A stretch of DNA of 64,000 nucleotides from an uncultured Verrucomicrobiota bacterium (GTDB lineage: Bacteria > Verrucomicrobiota > Verrucomicrobiia > Limisphaerales > UBA9464). The notes beneath the pieces are model-generated. The model saw only the letters and a program-made list of their open reading frames with translations. It made no database searches and was not told the origin of the DNA. The stretch lies in assembly GCA_903922605.1 (NCBI GenBank), contig CAIXUG010000086.1, forward strand, positions 3,384 to 67,383, read 5' to 3'. Below, in pieces: positions 1-9,900 of this stretch; the first letter of the stretch is position 1; the number at the start of each line of letters is the position of its first letter. Position numbers and translations under genes: made by a program.

Positions 1-503
1 CTTACAATTTCCGCCGTCCGCAACGGGGTGAAATCATCGTTTTCCGCTCGGAGGACCATCCGGGCATGACGCCTAACACTCACTACATCAAGCGGTTGGT
101 TGGATTGGGTGGCGACCGTGTCCGCATCGGTGATGATCGGCACACCTACATCAACGGCGTGCAACTCACCACGAACGACTACGGCTTTGATCGCGTGTTC
201 GGCTTTGATCCGAAACAGCCGCCGCGTCCAGACCATTATTCCGGCCATGTGAATGGCACCATTTGGCATCAAACCACCGGCAGTTACGGACCCACGCCCA
301 ATTTCCCCAATGAGCAGACCGAAGTGACAGTCCGTCCCGGACACTACATCTGCTTTGGAGACAACACGATGAACAGCTCCGACTCACGTTGGTGGGGGCC
401 CGGTCCAGGAGGCGAACCGGACTTTGCCCAGGAGAAGGTCATCGGACGCTCACTCTTGGTCTTCTGGCCATTTACGAGCCGCGTCGGCTTGGCGCTCAAG
501 TAG
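1..503 (+). CDS. lepB: Signal peptidase I (S26 family), 3' part; 5' end lies outside the window
   Basis: Frame is open from the window edge (nt 3: YNFRRPQRGEIIVFRS...). Boxes YIKRLVGLGGDRV and FGDNTMNSSDSRWWG match conserved boxes of type I signal peptidases. Confidence 0.85.
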   Translation, partial: YNFRRPQRGEIIVFRSEDHPGMTPNTHYIKRLVGLGGDRVRIGDDRHTYINGVQLTTNDYGFDRVFGFDPKQPPRPDHYSGHVNGTIWHQTTGSYGPTPNFPNEQTEVTVRPGHYICFGDNTMNSSDSRWWGPGPGGEPDFAQEKVIGRSLLVFWPFTSRVGLALK

Positions 504-641
504 GAACAATCAACTCAACACCATCGTCCAGTGCCTGATGCAAAAATAGACGCACAATGTATGTTATATTCAATTAAATAATCAACCACGCAAGTCGGAG
601 CTGAGTGCGGTGGCCAGCTTTGAGTTGCCCTGCTCTGGCGC

Positions 642-2846
642 TTAATGGCCCAGGAGCCAGTCGGCGCGGTCGGAGTCGCGGCCGAGGCCGAAGCGCGGGA
701 ACGCTTTGAGCTGAAGGGTCAGTACAATGGCCCAGTCTTGTTGAGGCTGACGGTTATCGCGTATCCGCAGGGTCAAGGCGGCCGTCCAGCTGCGCAGGTC
801 ACGATAGAGCGTGTAGTATTGCTCTTCGAGGACGCCATCGCGGGCCTCGAAGAAATGGCTGAAGCGGAAGCCCCAGTTTTCGTTGATCCGGTAATACAGG
901 CTGCTCGAAATCAGGTTGTTACCGATCCCGTAGGTGGCCGGATCGTCCCTGAGGTAGCGATGGCCCAGGGTCCAGTTCCAAGTGTCGTTCGGCAGCAGTG
1001 TCAGGCGATGGTAGGCTTCCTCCCAGTCGCGCCCGTTGATGTCATAACGGACCTGGGAGTTGAGCACGATCCAGCGGCGCGGGTTGAAGTCGAAATCGGA
1101 GTACAGGTCGGGGAAGGTCGTCTGTCCGGCAGCGGGGTGGAGGCGCCAATCGGTGTAGAGCGACCAGTTCAGGAGGTTCTCCACCTGCCCTGCCCGCTTG
1201 GTCTGGAACTTGTTGCGCAGGCCGAAGCGCAACGTGTTCTGGCTGTCCACGGAATCGATCGAATTGTAGTCCGTGAAGTCCAACGGAAGCAGCCGGTAGG
1301 ACGGCAGTTCCGTGTCGAACTGCGGGAGCTCATAAGGCTGCTTGTCCGGCTTCGGGACGTAAGCGTAGTTGATGGACGGTTCGATGATGTGGCGCAGCCC
1401 ATCCATCTCCAGAAAATCGTTGCGCACGCCCGGCCAGACACGTGCGGCCTTGAAGCTCACCTCCGCACCCGTGTTGAAAACCCACCGGTCCTTGTCGCCG
1501 TTGATGTCCGGCAAACCATCCACGTCGCCATAGTGCGTGAAACGTCCACCGGCACGGGGTGTCACGTTCAGCCAGCCGAAAAATGTTTCGGGCATGACGA
1601 TCTGGTGGAACGAGTCCGCCCGGAAGGCGGAGAAATTCGTCGAGGTCACCCCGGCTGGCAGCAATCCTTCGCGATAGCGCAGATAGGCCAGCGAGCTTTC
1701 CGATTCGTAGTAGAACGGCGTCTCCCCGATCTGCTGGCGCAGGCCGGTCAGCTTCACATCCGGCAGGCGTTCGACGGTGCGGTAGAAGTCGTTGATCTGC
1801 GGCTGGGCCACCGCATCCAGGCTGAAGTTCCGCCAGAACTGGGTGGCCTCGAAAAACGATTTTGGCTGCGTATCCTTGCGGTATTCGCCCTCAAAGAAGT
1901 CGTGGGTCACCAGCGGATCGCTCTGCTCGCGGACGACCGCCTTGGCGCTGAAGTCTTCCCACGGCTCCATCTGGTGCGTGAAGGTGGTGAAATGCCGGTC
2001 GGTGGGCAGCTGCGCGCCAACCGAGTTGGTCCCGGACAGGTCGTCACGCGTGTAGTAGAACTCCGCCTTCCCCTGCCCCCATTTGCCCAGGTCGTAGTTG
2101 ATCTCCGGGCCGACACCGACGCCGCGCCGCTGCCGCCAGTCGAGGTTCAGCGCGGTCTCGACGTTGGTGCTCCAGAAGTAGTGGTAGCTGCTCAGCAGGA
2201 ACGGACCGTACAGGCTCCGATAGCCCGGTGTGGCCGTCCAGAAGTTCGGGTGCCGCTCCAGGTCGCGTGTGTAGCTGGGGAAATACATCACGGGCACGTC
2301 GCCGAGATACAGCGTGGCCTCCTTGGCCGTGAAACTCTTGCCCGGCACGAAAGTCAGGCTGCGGGCCTTGATCTTGTAGCCCGGGTCGGCGAGATCGTCC
2401 GTGGTAAGCACGGCATCCGTGGCGATCTGGACGGTATTGGTCTGGCCACTGGTCAAATGCCTGGCCGAAGCAAAATAGGGCGGCTGGCCGACCCGGAATT
2501 CCTCGGCCACCAGTGACTTCGTCACGTAGTCGTAGCGGGCCTTGTCACCCCGCCAGACTTCCGCCCGGCCTGTGGCGGTCGCGTGCCGGATGATCACGTC
2601 GCCTTCCGCCAGAACCGTGTGGGTGGCCTGGTCGATCTGCACCTGGTGGGCGGTGAGGGTGGTGCCCTGATACGTTACCACGACCCCGTTGAGGGCCTTG
2701 AAGCCGGTCGCGACGCTTCCTTCGATCACACCCGAGCCGTCCGCCGAGTCGATATGGATACCGTCGTCTGCGGCTGCCGGTTCGTCCGCGTGAGCAAGCG
2801 CTGCCATGGTAAACAGCAGGGCCAGGCCTAAGGGGGTGAACTTCAT
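642..2846 (-). CDS. lptD: LPS-assembly outer-membrane protein, LptD/OstA-like
   Basis: 752-aa ORF trimmed to the internal ATG at 2846, which gives signal peptide MKFTPLGLALLFTMAALAHA. OstA-like N-terminal segment (TLTAHQVQIDQATHTVLAEGDVII), then ~600 aa of aromatic/Gly-rich beta-barrel-type sequence. Confidence 0.65.
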   Translation of the reverse strand: MKFTPLGLALLFTMAALAHADEPAAADDGIHIDSADGSGVIEGSVATGFKALNGVVVTYQGTTLTAHQVQIDQATHTVLAEGDVIIRHATATGRAEVWRGDKARYDYVTKSLVAEEFRVGQPPYFASARHLTSGQTNTVQIATDAVLTTDDLADPGYKIKARSLTFVPGKSFTAKEATLYLGDVPVMYFPSYTRDLERHPNFWTATPGYRSLYGPFLLSSYHYFWSTNVETALNLDWRQRRGVGVGPEINYDLGKWGQGKAEFYYTRDDLSGTNSVGAQLPTDRHFTTFTHQMEPWEDFSAKAVVREQSDPLVTHDFFEGEYRKDTQPKSFFEATQFWRNFSLDAVAQPQINDFYRTVERLPDVKLTGLRQQIGETPFYYESESSLAYLRYREGLLPAGVTSTNFSAFRADSFHQIVMPETFFGWLNVTPRAGGRFTHYGDVDGLPDINGDKDRWVFNTGAEVSFKAARVWPGVRNDFLEMDGLRHIIEPSINYAYVPKPDKQPYELPQFDTELPSYRLLPLDFTDYNSIDSVDSQNTLRFGLRNKFQTKRAGQVENLLNWSLYTDWRLHPAAGQTTFPDLYSDFDFNPRRWIVLNSQVRYDINGRDWEEAYHRLTLLPNDTWNWTLGHRYLRDDPATYGIGNNLISSSLYYRINENWGFRFSHFFEARDGVLEEQYYTLYRDLRSWTAALTLRIRDNRQPQQDWAIVLTLQLKAFPRFGLGRDSDRADWLLGH

Positions 2847-2947
2847 CGGGCGGGCGCACGCTAGCGAACGCGGATGGAATCGGCCAAGCGGAACTTCCAA
2901 TCCGCCACGAAGCTTTTCTCCGGCGGCAGGTTCCCTACCCTCCCGGC

Positions 2948-4324
2948 GTGTCCGTCCTCTTTGAGCACTTCTGCGACTCCTGGCGTCGCCACGCGCCGGC
3001 CCGGCACAGCGGGCGGGTCGTGGTCGGTGTTTCGGGCGGACTGGATTCCGTGGTGCTGCTCCAGCTTTTGCAACGCCTCAGCAAAACCTCTCGGCTGGAA
3101 CTGATCGTCGCCCACGCCAATCACCAGCTCCGGGCGGAAGCCAATGCCGATGTGCTGTTCGTCCAGAGTTTGGCCACCAAGTTCGGTCTCCGCCATGTCA
3201 CGGACTGCCTGCCCGTGTGTGAGGAAATGGCCCGTACCCGTGAATCGGTCGAAATGACTGCGCGCCGTCTGCGGCATGGCTTTCTGGCGCGCGTCGCACT
3301 GGAAAGTGACGCCCGTCATATTGCGCTCGCGCATCACGCGGATGATCAGGCCGAGCTCTTTTTCCTGCGCCTGTTGCGGGGGGCAGGCGGTGAAGGTCTC
3401 GGCGGGATGAAGCATACGTCGCCATCTCCGGCCGATCCACGGCTGACGCTGATCCGTCCCCTGCTCGGCTTTACCAAGGCCGAGCTGGGCGCGTATGCCG
3501 AGGCGGAGCGGCTGGAGTTTCGTGAGGACGCCTCTAATCAGGACCGCAGCATCCTGCGCAACCGCATCCGGCACGAGCTGCTCCCGCTGCTGACGAACGA
3601 GTATTCCCCGGGCATCCGGGAGCATTTGCGACGCACCGGTGAACTGGTCGCCGATGAGGCGGATTTTACGCAGATGGCGGCGGATCGCTGGCTGAAGGCG
3701 CGTCGTCGGGCCGCCTTTGCACGGCTGCATATCGCCGTGCAGCGCGCGGTCATCCGCCGGCAGTTGTGGGAGCTGGGGCACGCCGGCGAATTTGAGCTGG
3801 TCGAACGGCTGCGCCTGGAAACTGCCGCCGTCACCGCCCCCTCGGCCGATCGGATCAGCCGAAACGAAGCGGGTCGGCTTGATCATGTGCCGCCCCCTGC
3901 CCCGACGCGATTTTCGGAAGCGAGTCAGGACGTTGTTCTGACAGGTAGACAGGGCCGGGTTGATTTCGACGGAGTCTGCCTCCAATGGCGGATTGAATCC
4001 GCGGCGCCACGGAAAGGCTGGGCGGGCAAAAAGCCGAACAAAGAAACGCTTGATGCGATCCCAGTTGGCCGACGGCTGCGCCTGCGTCACTGGCAGCCCG
4101 GAGACCGCTTTCAACCGCTGGGCCTGAGCCAGCCCAGCAAACTTCAAAACCTGTTTGTGAACCGCAAGATTCCGGCTGCCCGGCGTCGTTGGCTGCTCGT
4201 GGCCGAAGCGGAGAATGGCGAACTGTGCTGGGTGGAAGGGCTGCCGCCGGGTGAGTCTTTCAAGCTCACGCCGGCCACCAAGCAGACGCTCGTTCTGAGC
4301 TGGAAGCGCGCCCCGGGCCGCTAG
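2948..4324 (+). CDS. tilS: tRNA(Ile)-lysidine synthetase
   Basis: PP-loop motif VVVGVSGGLDSVVLL near the N-terminus. C-terminal TilS box WQPGDRFQPLG...KLQNLFVNRKIP. GTG start at 2948. Confidence 0.85.
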   Translation: MSVLFEHFCDSWRRHAPARHSGRVVVGVSGGLDSVVLLQLLQRLSKTSRLELIVAHANHQLRAEANADVLFVQSLATKFGLRHVTDCLPVCEEMARTRESVEMTARRLRHGFLARVALESDARHIALAHHADDQAELFFLRLLRGAGGEGLGGMKHTSPSPADPRLTLIRPLLGFTKAELGAYAEAERLEFREDASNQDRSILRNRIRHELLPLLTNEYSPGIREHLRRTGELVADEADFTQMAADRWLKARRRAAFARLHIAVQRAVIRRQLWELGHAGEFELVERLRLETAAVTAPSADRISRNEAGRLDHVPPPAPTRFSEASQDVVLTGRQGRVDFDGVCLQWRIESAAPRKGWAGKKPNKETLDAIPVGRRLRLRHWQPGDRFQPLGLSQPSKLQNLFVNRKIPAARRRWLLVAEAENGELCWVEGLPPGESFKLTPATKQTLVLSWKRAPGR

Positions 4325-4330
4325 CCATGG

Positions 4331-4960
4331 TCACTTCAGCGGGGCGACATGGCCGTCCGTAAAGACGCAGTTCTTGGCCCCGACCAGCGCCGCCACGCCT
4401 GTGGTTTCGAGGTCGTTCGTGTTGCCCTGCACCCGCGTGCTGCTGTTATGCCAGTTCTCGAAATCGTACATCATCGGCACGAGCTCGAGCAGGTACATCC
4501 GGGAGCTGACCTTGCCCAGCTTCTTCTTGTTGTACACGGGGTTCCACTCGTAGCTCGTGCCCTCGGCCTTGAAGTAGCCGAAAGCCTTGCCATTGCCGTT
4601 GCTGTCGTAGCGGTAATCCAAGGGGCACTTGAGCACGCTGTTGTTCGGCTGGTTGGTGCCGGCAGGATAGCCCAGCTGTGGGGCCAGCATGTCGGCAATG
4701 CGGGGAAGGCCGTTGCTGGGGTTCAATGAGGGCAGCGGCTCCGCGATCGGCAGGTAATCCTGATTGTCGTTGGCGTAGCTGGTCAGGGCGATGCCGAGCT
4801 GGCGCAGATTGCTGAGACAGGCCGCATCCTGGGCCTTCTTTTTGGCTTTGCCGAGGGCCGGTAAGAGCATTCCCGCCAGGATGGCGATGATCGCGATCAC
4901 CACCAGCAGCTCAATCAGGGTAAACGCCCGCCGGGAACGGTTTGTGAAAATGGAGTCCAT
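4331..4960 (-). CDS. Prepilin-type N-terminal cleavage/methylation domain protein (DUF1559 / H-X9-DG-like pseudopilin family)
   Basis: N-terminus [34 protein letters not shown] is the canonical type IV pilin-like leader plus hydrophobic helix. C-terminal FTDGHV box is typical of the PVC DUF1559 family. Confidence 0.85.
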   Translation of the reverse strand: MDSIFTNRSRRAFTLIELLVVIAIIAILAGMLLPALGKAKKKAQDAACLSNLRQLGIALTSYANDNQDYLPIAEPLPSLNPSNGLPRIADMLAPQLGYPAGTNQPNNSVLKCPLDYRYDSNGNGKAFGYFKAEGTSYEWNPVYNKKKLGKVSSRMYLLELVPMMYDFENWHNSSTRVQGNTNDLETTGVAALVGAKNCVFTDGHVAPLK

Positions 4961-4996
4961 GGTATAAAGAATAGGGATTGTCAGATGGTCTTTTGC

Positions 4997-5989
4997 TTAG
5001 CGCCCACCGCCGCCGCCACCACCCCGGCCACCGCCACCACCACCGCCGCCGCCGCCACCACCACCAAATCCGCCGCGACCACCCCGTTGCGCCCGCTGCT
5101 CCGGGGTCGTGTTCTTGATGCGGTCCAGCACCCGCTGCGTGGCACGCTGCTGCATGTCGGGAGTGGGCTGAAAGTTCTCCCGCATCTGCCGCATCTGCTG
5201 CGGGTCCGGACGGTTCTGGGCGAACTGATCGCGTTCCTGCTGGGTCGGACGGAAGCCGCCGCGTGGCTCGATCAGATAGAATTTGGCCCATTTGCGATTC
5301 TCATACTTGGCCAGCTTGCTCACCGCAGTGTCCATCGGGGCTTCATTCAGTGAGAGGGTCACCTTGCGCTCGGTCCCGTCTTCGGGAACCACCTTGACCG
5401 GGCCGAATTCACGCAGCGCAAAGGCGGTTTCCACCGGCGTCTGGCTGTCAAAATCCTTGGTCACCGGCTTGAGCTCCGGCGAGCCCCCGCCAAAAAACCC
5501 GCCGGGGCCACCGCCCATGCCACCCATGCCCCGGAAAGCGGCCGGCTGCGCATTGGTGTCGGATCCATTTGCGGCGGCGGCCATGCGGGCCGCCATCGCG
5601 GCGAAGTCCGGCCGCGCATTCCAGTTGGTCCAACCCTCCGGCGGGGTCTCGTATTCGCCGGCGGCGACCTTGCGGGCCAGCTGGAGTTTCGCCTTGGTAG
5701 TGTAAAGCGGGTAGGCCACCGACCAACGGGCCTCGCACTGGTCGGCGATCAGGGCCAGCACGCCGTTCAGGGGCTGACTTTCGACGACCAGCGAGACGCG
5801 GGCGTCCACGTTGTTGTTGACCACGATGCTTTCCCACGTCTGCCAGCGCAGTTTGCGGACCACGTCACGCACGGGCATGTTGTGGACGTCCAGGCTGACG
5901 ATATTTTTGTGAGCCCGCCAGGCCAGCCGGCCACCGTAGGCGAGTACCAGGCCGATGGCGACCAGGGTTGCAATTTGCGAGCGTTTCAT
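4997..5989 (-). CDS. Membrane-anchored hypothetical protein with C-terminal poly-glycine/RGG tail
   Basis: N-terminal TM helix (IATLVAIGLVLAYGG) and an internal GMGGMGGGPGGFFGGG tract. Tail is RGGRGGFGGGGGGGGGGGGGRGGGGGGGR. Same strand as, and 55 nt downstream of, the ABC permease. No family recognised. Confidence 0.6.
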   Translation of the reverse strand: MKRSQIATLVAIGLVLAYGGRLAWRAHKNIVSLDVHNMPVRDVVRKLRWQTWESIVVNNNVDARVSLVVESQPLNGVLALIADQCEARWSVAYPLYTTKAKLQLARKVAAGEYETPPEGWTNWNARPDFAAMAARMAAAANGSDTNAQPAAFRGMGGMGGGPGGFFGGGSPELKPVTKDFDSQTPVETAFALREFGPVKVVPEDGTERKVTLSLNEAPMDTAVSKLAKYENRKWAKFYLIEPRGGFRPTQQERDQFAQNRPDPQQMRQMRENFQPTPDMQQRATQRVLDRIKNTTPEQRAQRGGRGGFGGGGGGGGGGGGGRGGGGGGGR

Positions 5990-6044
5990 ATCAGTACGCT
6001 CTAGGTGACGGCTGGCGCGCCAACCGGTTACGCCGCCCCCGGAA

Positions 6045-7259
<1,215 letters not shown>

Positions 7260-7261
7260 GG

Positions 7262-8023
<762 letters not shown>

Positions 8024-8064
8024 ACGCGTGTAATGATGATCTGGAGGGCGACTTTGGATCCCGC

Positions 8065-9564
8065 TCAGCGGCGTCCGCCACCAAACGGTCCACCACCAAA
8101 CGGGCTGGCCGCCGGAGCCGCCGCAGCGGTTGCCGCCGTGGTAGCCCCGACGATGATGACATCGCCATCCTTCAAGCCGTCGCTCACCTCGGTATTCGTG
8201 CTGTCACTGATACCGGTCTTGACGGTCACCGCCTGCAACACAGGTTTGCCCGGGGCGGAACGCTCCTTGTCCAGGATATAAACGGTGCGAATCGCGGGCC
8301 CTTCATTGGCGGGAGCCTTGGCGGCGCCACCACCGCCCATGCCCCCTCCTCCTCCGCCTCCGCCTCCTTGGGCGAAACGGGCCCGCATCTCGGCCACGGC
8401 CTGCTGGTACTTGGCTTTCTGTTCCGACGTCAGTGAAGCCTCATAGTCGGCCCGTTCCTGCTCGGTGGGGCGACGACGTTCGCCGCCCGACATCCAAGGC
8501 ATGATGGGCAGGCCGGCGAACGGCCCGCTGGTGGCCAATTCGACCGTCTTTCCACCCTTGGGCGGAACGGCGCCACCGCCGGCTGCCTTGGCCACGGCAT
8601 TGTTGGTTGAACCGATGACCGTCCCTTCCGGCGGATGGAAACGCAGCGCCGCCGTGGGGACACGCAGCACATTGGTGCGGGCAGCGGTGATGATGCTCAC
8701 GTTGGCGGTCATGCCCGGCCGCAATTTCAAATCGCGGTTGTCCACCGCCACCACCGTGGTGTACGTCACCACGTTCTGGTTGGTGATGGCGGCGTAACGG
8801 ACCTGCGAGACCGTGCCGACAAACGGCCTGCCCGGAAAGGCATCCACCGTGAAATTGACCTTCTGCCCCTCTTCTACACCGCCGACATCCGCCTCGGACA
8901 CCGCCGCCTCGATCTGCATCTTGGCGAGGTCATTCGCGATGGTGAACATTTCGGGCGTGTTGAAGCTGGCCGCCACGGTTTGCCCGGCGTCCACCTTGCG
9001 GGAGATGACGACGCCGCCGATGGGGGCGGAAATGATCGTACGGTCCAGGTCGACCTGCGCGGAATCCACGGACGCCTGGTGGACCTTCACATTGGCGTCA
9101 GCCTGGTGCAGTCCCGCCAGGTTGCTCTGGTAATCCGATTCGGAGACGAGCTTGGCGTCGAACAGTTCCTTGCCGTGGTTGTAAGTGTACTGGGCGAGTT
9201 CCATTGCCGCCTGGGCGTTCGCGAGGTCGGCCTTGGCCCGGGCCAGCGCGCGCTCGTAGGTCGAGGCGTCTATTTTGGCGAGCACGTCCCCCTCCTTCAC
9301 CTTGGAATTAAAATCCACGTTCAATTCGGTGATGATGCCCGAGATCTGGCTGCCCACCGTGACGATGCGGACGGGATTCAGCGCACCGTTGGCCGTCACC
9401 GATTGCGTGATCTCGCCACGGGCCACGATGTTGGTGCGGAGCTCCGGTGCCGACGCCGCCAGACTGCGCCTGGCCTGCCAGTTCCAGGCGGCGTAACCGC
9501 CTCCGCCCAGCACCGCGAGTATTACCAGCCATTTGAGCCAGCCTGAATTGGATGAGTTCGCCAT
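8065..9564 (-). CDS. Periplasmic adaptor (HlyD/MacA membrane-fusion family) with ~115-aa Gly-rich insertion
   Basis: TM anchor, lipoyl/hairpin region (GSQISGIITELNVDFNSKVKEGDVLAKID ... coiled coil ... IISAPIGGVVISRKV), beta-barrel region, then an atypical insertion (aa ~311-425) and a Gly-rich C-terminus. Confidence 0.85.
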   Translation of the reverse strand: MANSSNSGWLKWLVILAVLGGGGYAAWNWQARRSLAASAPELRTNIVARGEITQSVTANGALNPVRIVTVGSQISGIITELNVDFNSKVKEGDVLAKIDASTYERALARAKADLANAQAAMELAQYTYNHGKELFDAKLVSESDYQSNLAGLHQADANVKVHQASVDSAQVDLDRTIISAPIGGVVISRKVDAGQTVAASFNTPEMFTIANDLAKMQIEAAVSEADVGGVEEGQKVNFTVDAFPGRPFVGTVSQVRYAAITNQNVVTYTTVVAVDNRDLKLRPGMTANVSIITAARTNVLRVPTAALRFHPPEGTVIGSTNNAVAKAAGGGAVPPKGGKTVELATSGPFAGLPIMPWMSGGERRRPTEQERADYEASLTSEQKAKYQQAVAEMRARFAQGGGGGGGGGMGGGGAAKAPANEGPAIRTVYILDKERSAPGKPVLQAVTVKTGISDSTNTEVSDGLKDGDVIIVGATTAATAAAAPAASPFGGGPFGGGRR

Positions 9565-9900
9565 ATCGGAAAAGGGACAGGTCAGCGGCGAGAATAGGTT
9601 GGAGCCCGAGAAGCTCCACCAGAATTTCCATCCGCGACCACTGCGTTCGGGTTTGAGTTGCGATCTACCGGAGTCACTTGGGGTCTAACTTTTGCCGCGC
9701 ATCAGGCGGCCAGGATGCTCGTCATGATGCGATTGCGCAGCAGCACCAGCCGCCACCCGCACTGAGGCGGCCTAGGGTCACAAATTTTGGGCACAGTCTG
9801 ACTGATCACGGCGATGGAGACTGCGCGACCGGGTGACGGTTACACGGTAATTGTCTGACCTCTGGCAGCACGCGAAATGCCCGTCTCCCAGCGCTACCCA

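Noticed and set aside
645-2516. 623-aa plus-strand ORF opposite the lptD-like gene
   Set aside because: It is an antisense shadow ORF in GC-rich DNA. The product is Arg/Ala/Val/Gly-rich with no motifs, whereas the minus-strand frame has a signal peptide and an OstA/LptD-like sequence.
2861-4147. 428-aa minus-strand ORF opposite tilS
   Set aside because: It is a shadow ORF. The plus-strand frame carries the SGGLDS PP-loop and the TilS C-terminal box, while the minus-strand product has no recognisable features.
5000-5086. GGN/CGN-rich repetitive tract (also 8325-8370), considered as a possible tandem repeat or CRISPR-like array
   Set aside because: These are codon-level poly-Gly/Arg tracts inside open reading frames. 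There is no repeat-spacer architecture. I saw nothing resembling a CRISPR array anywhere in the window.
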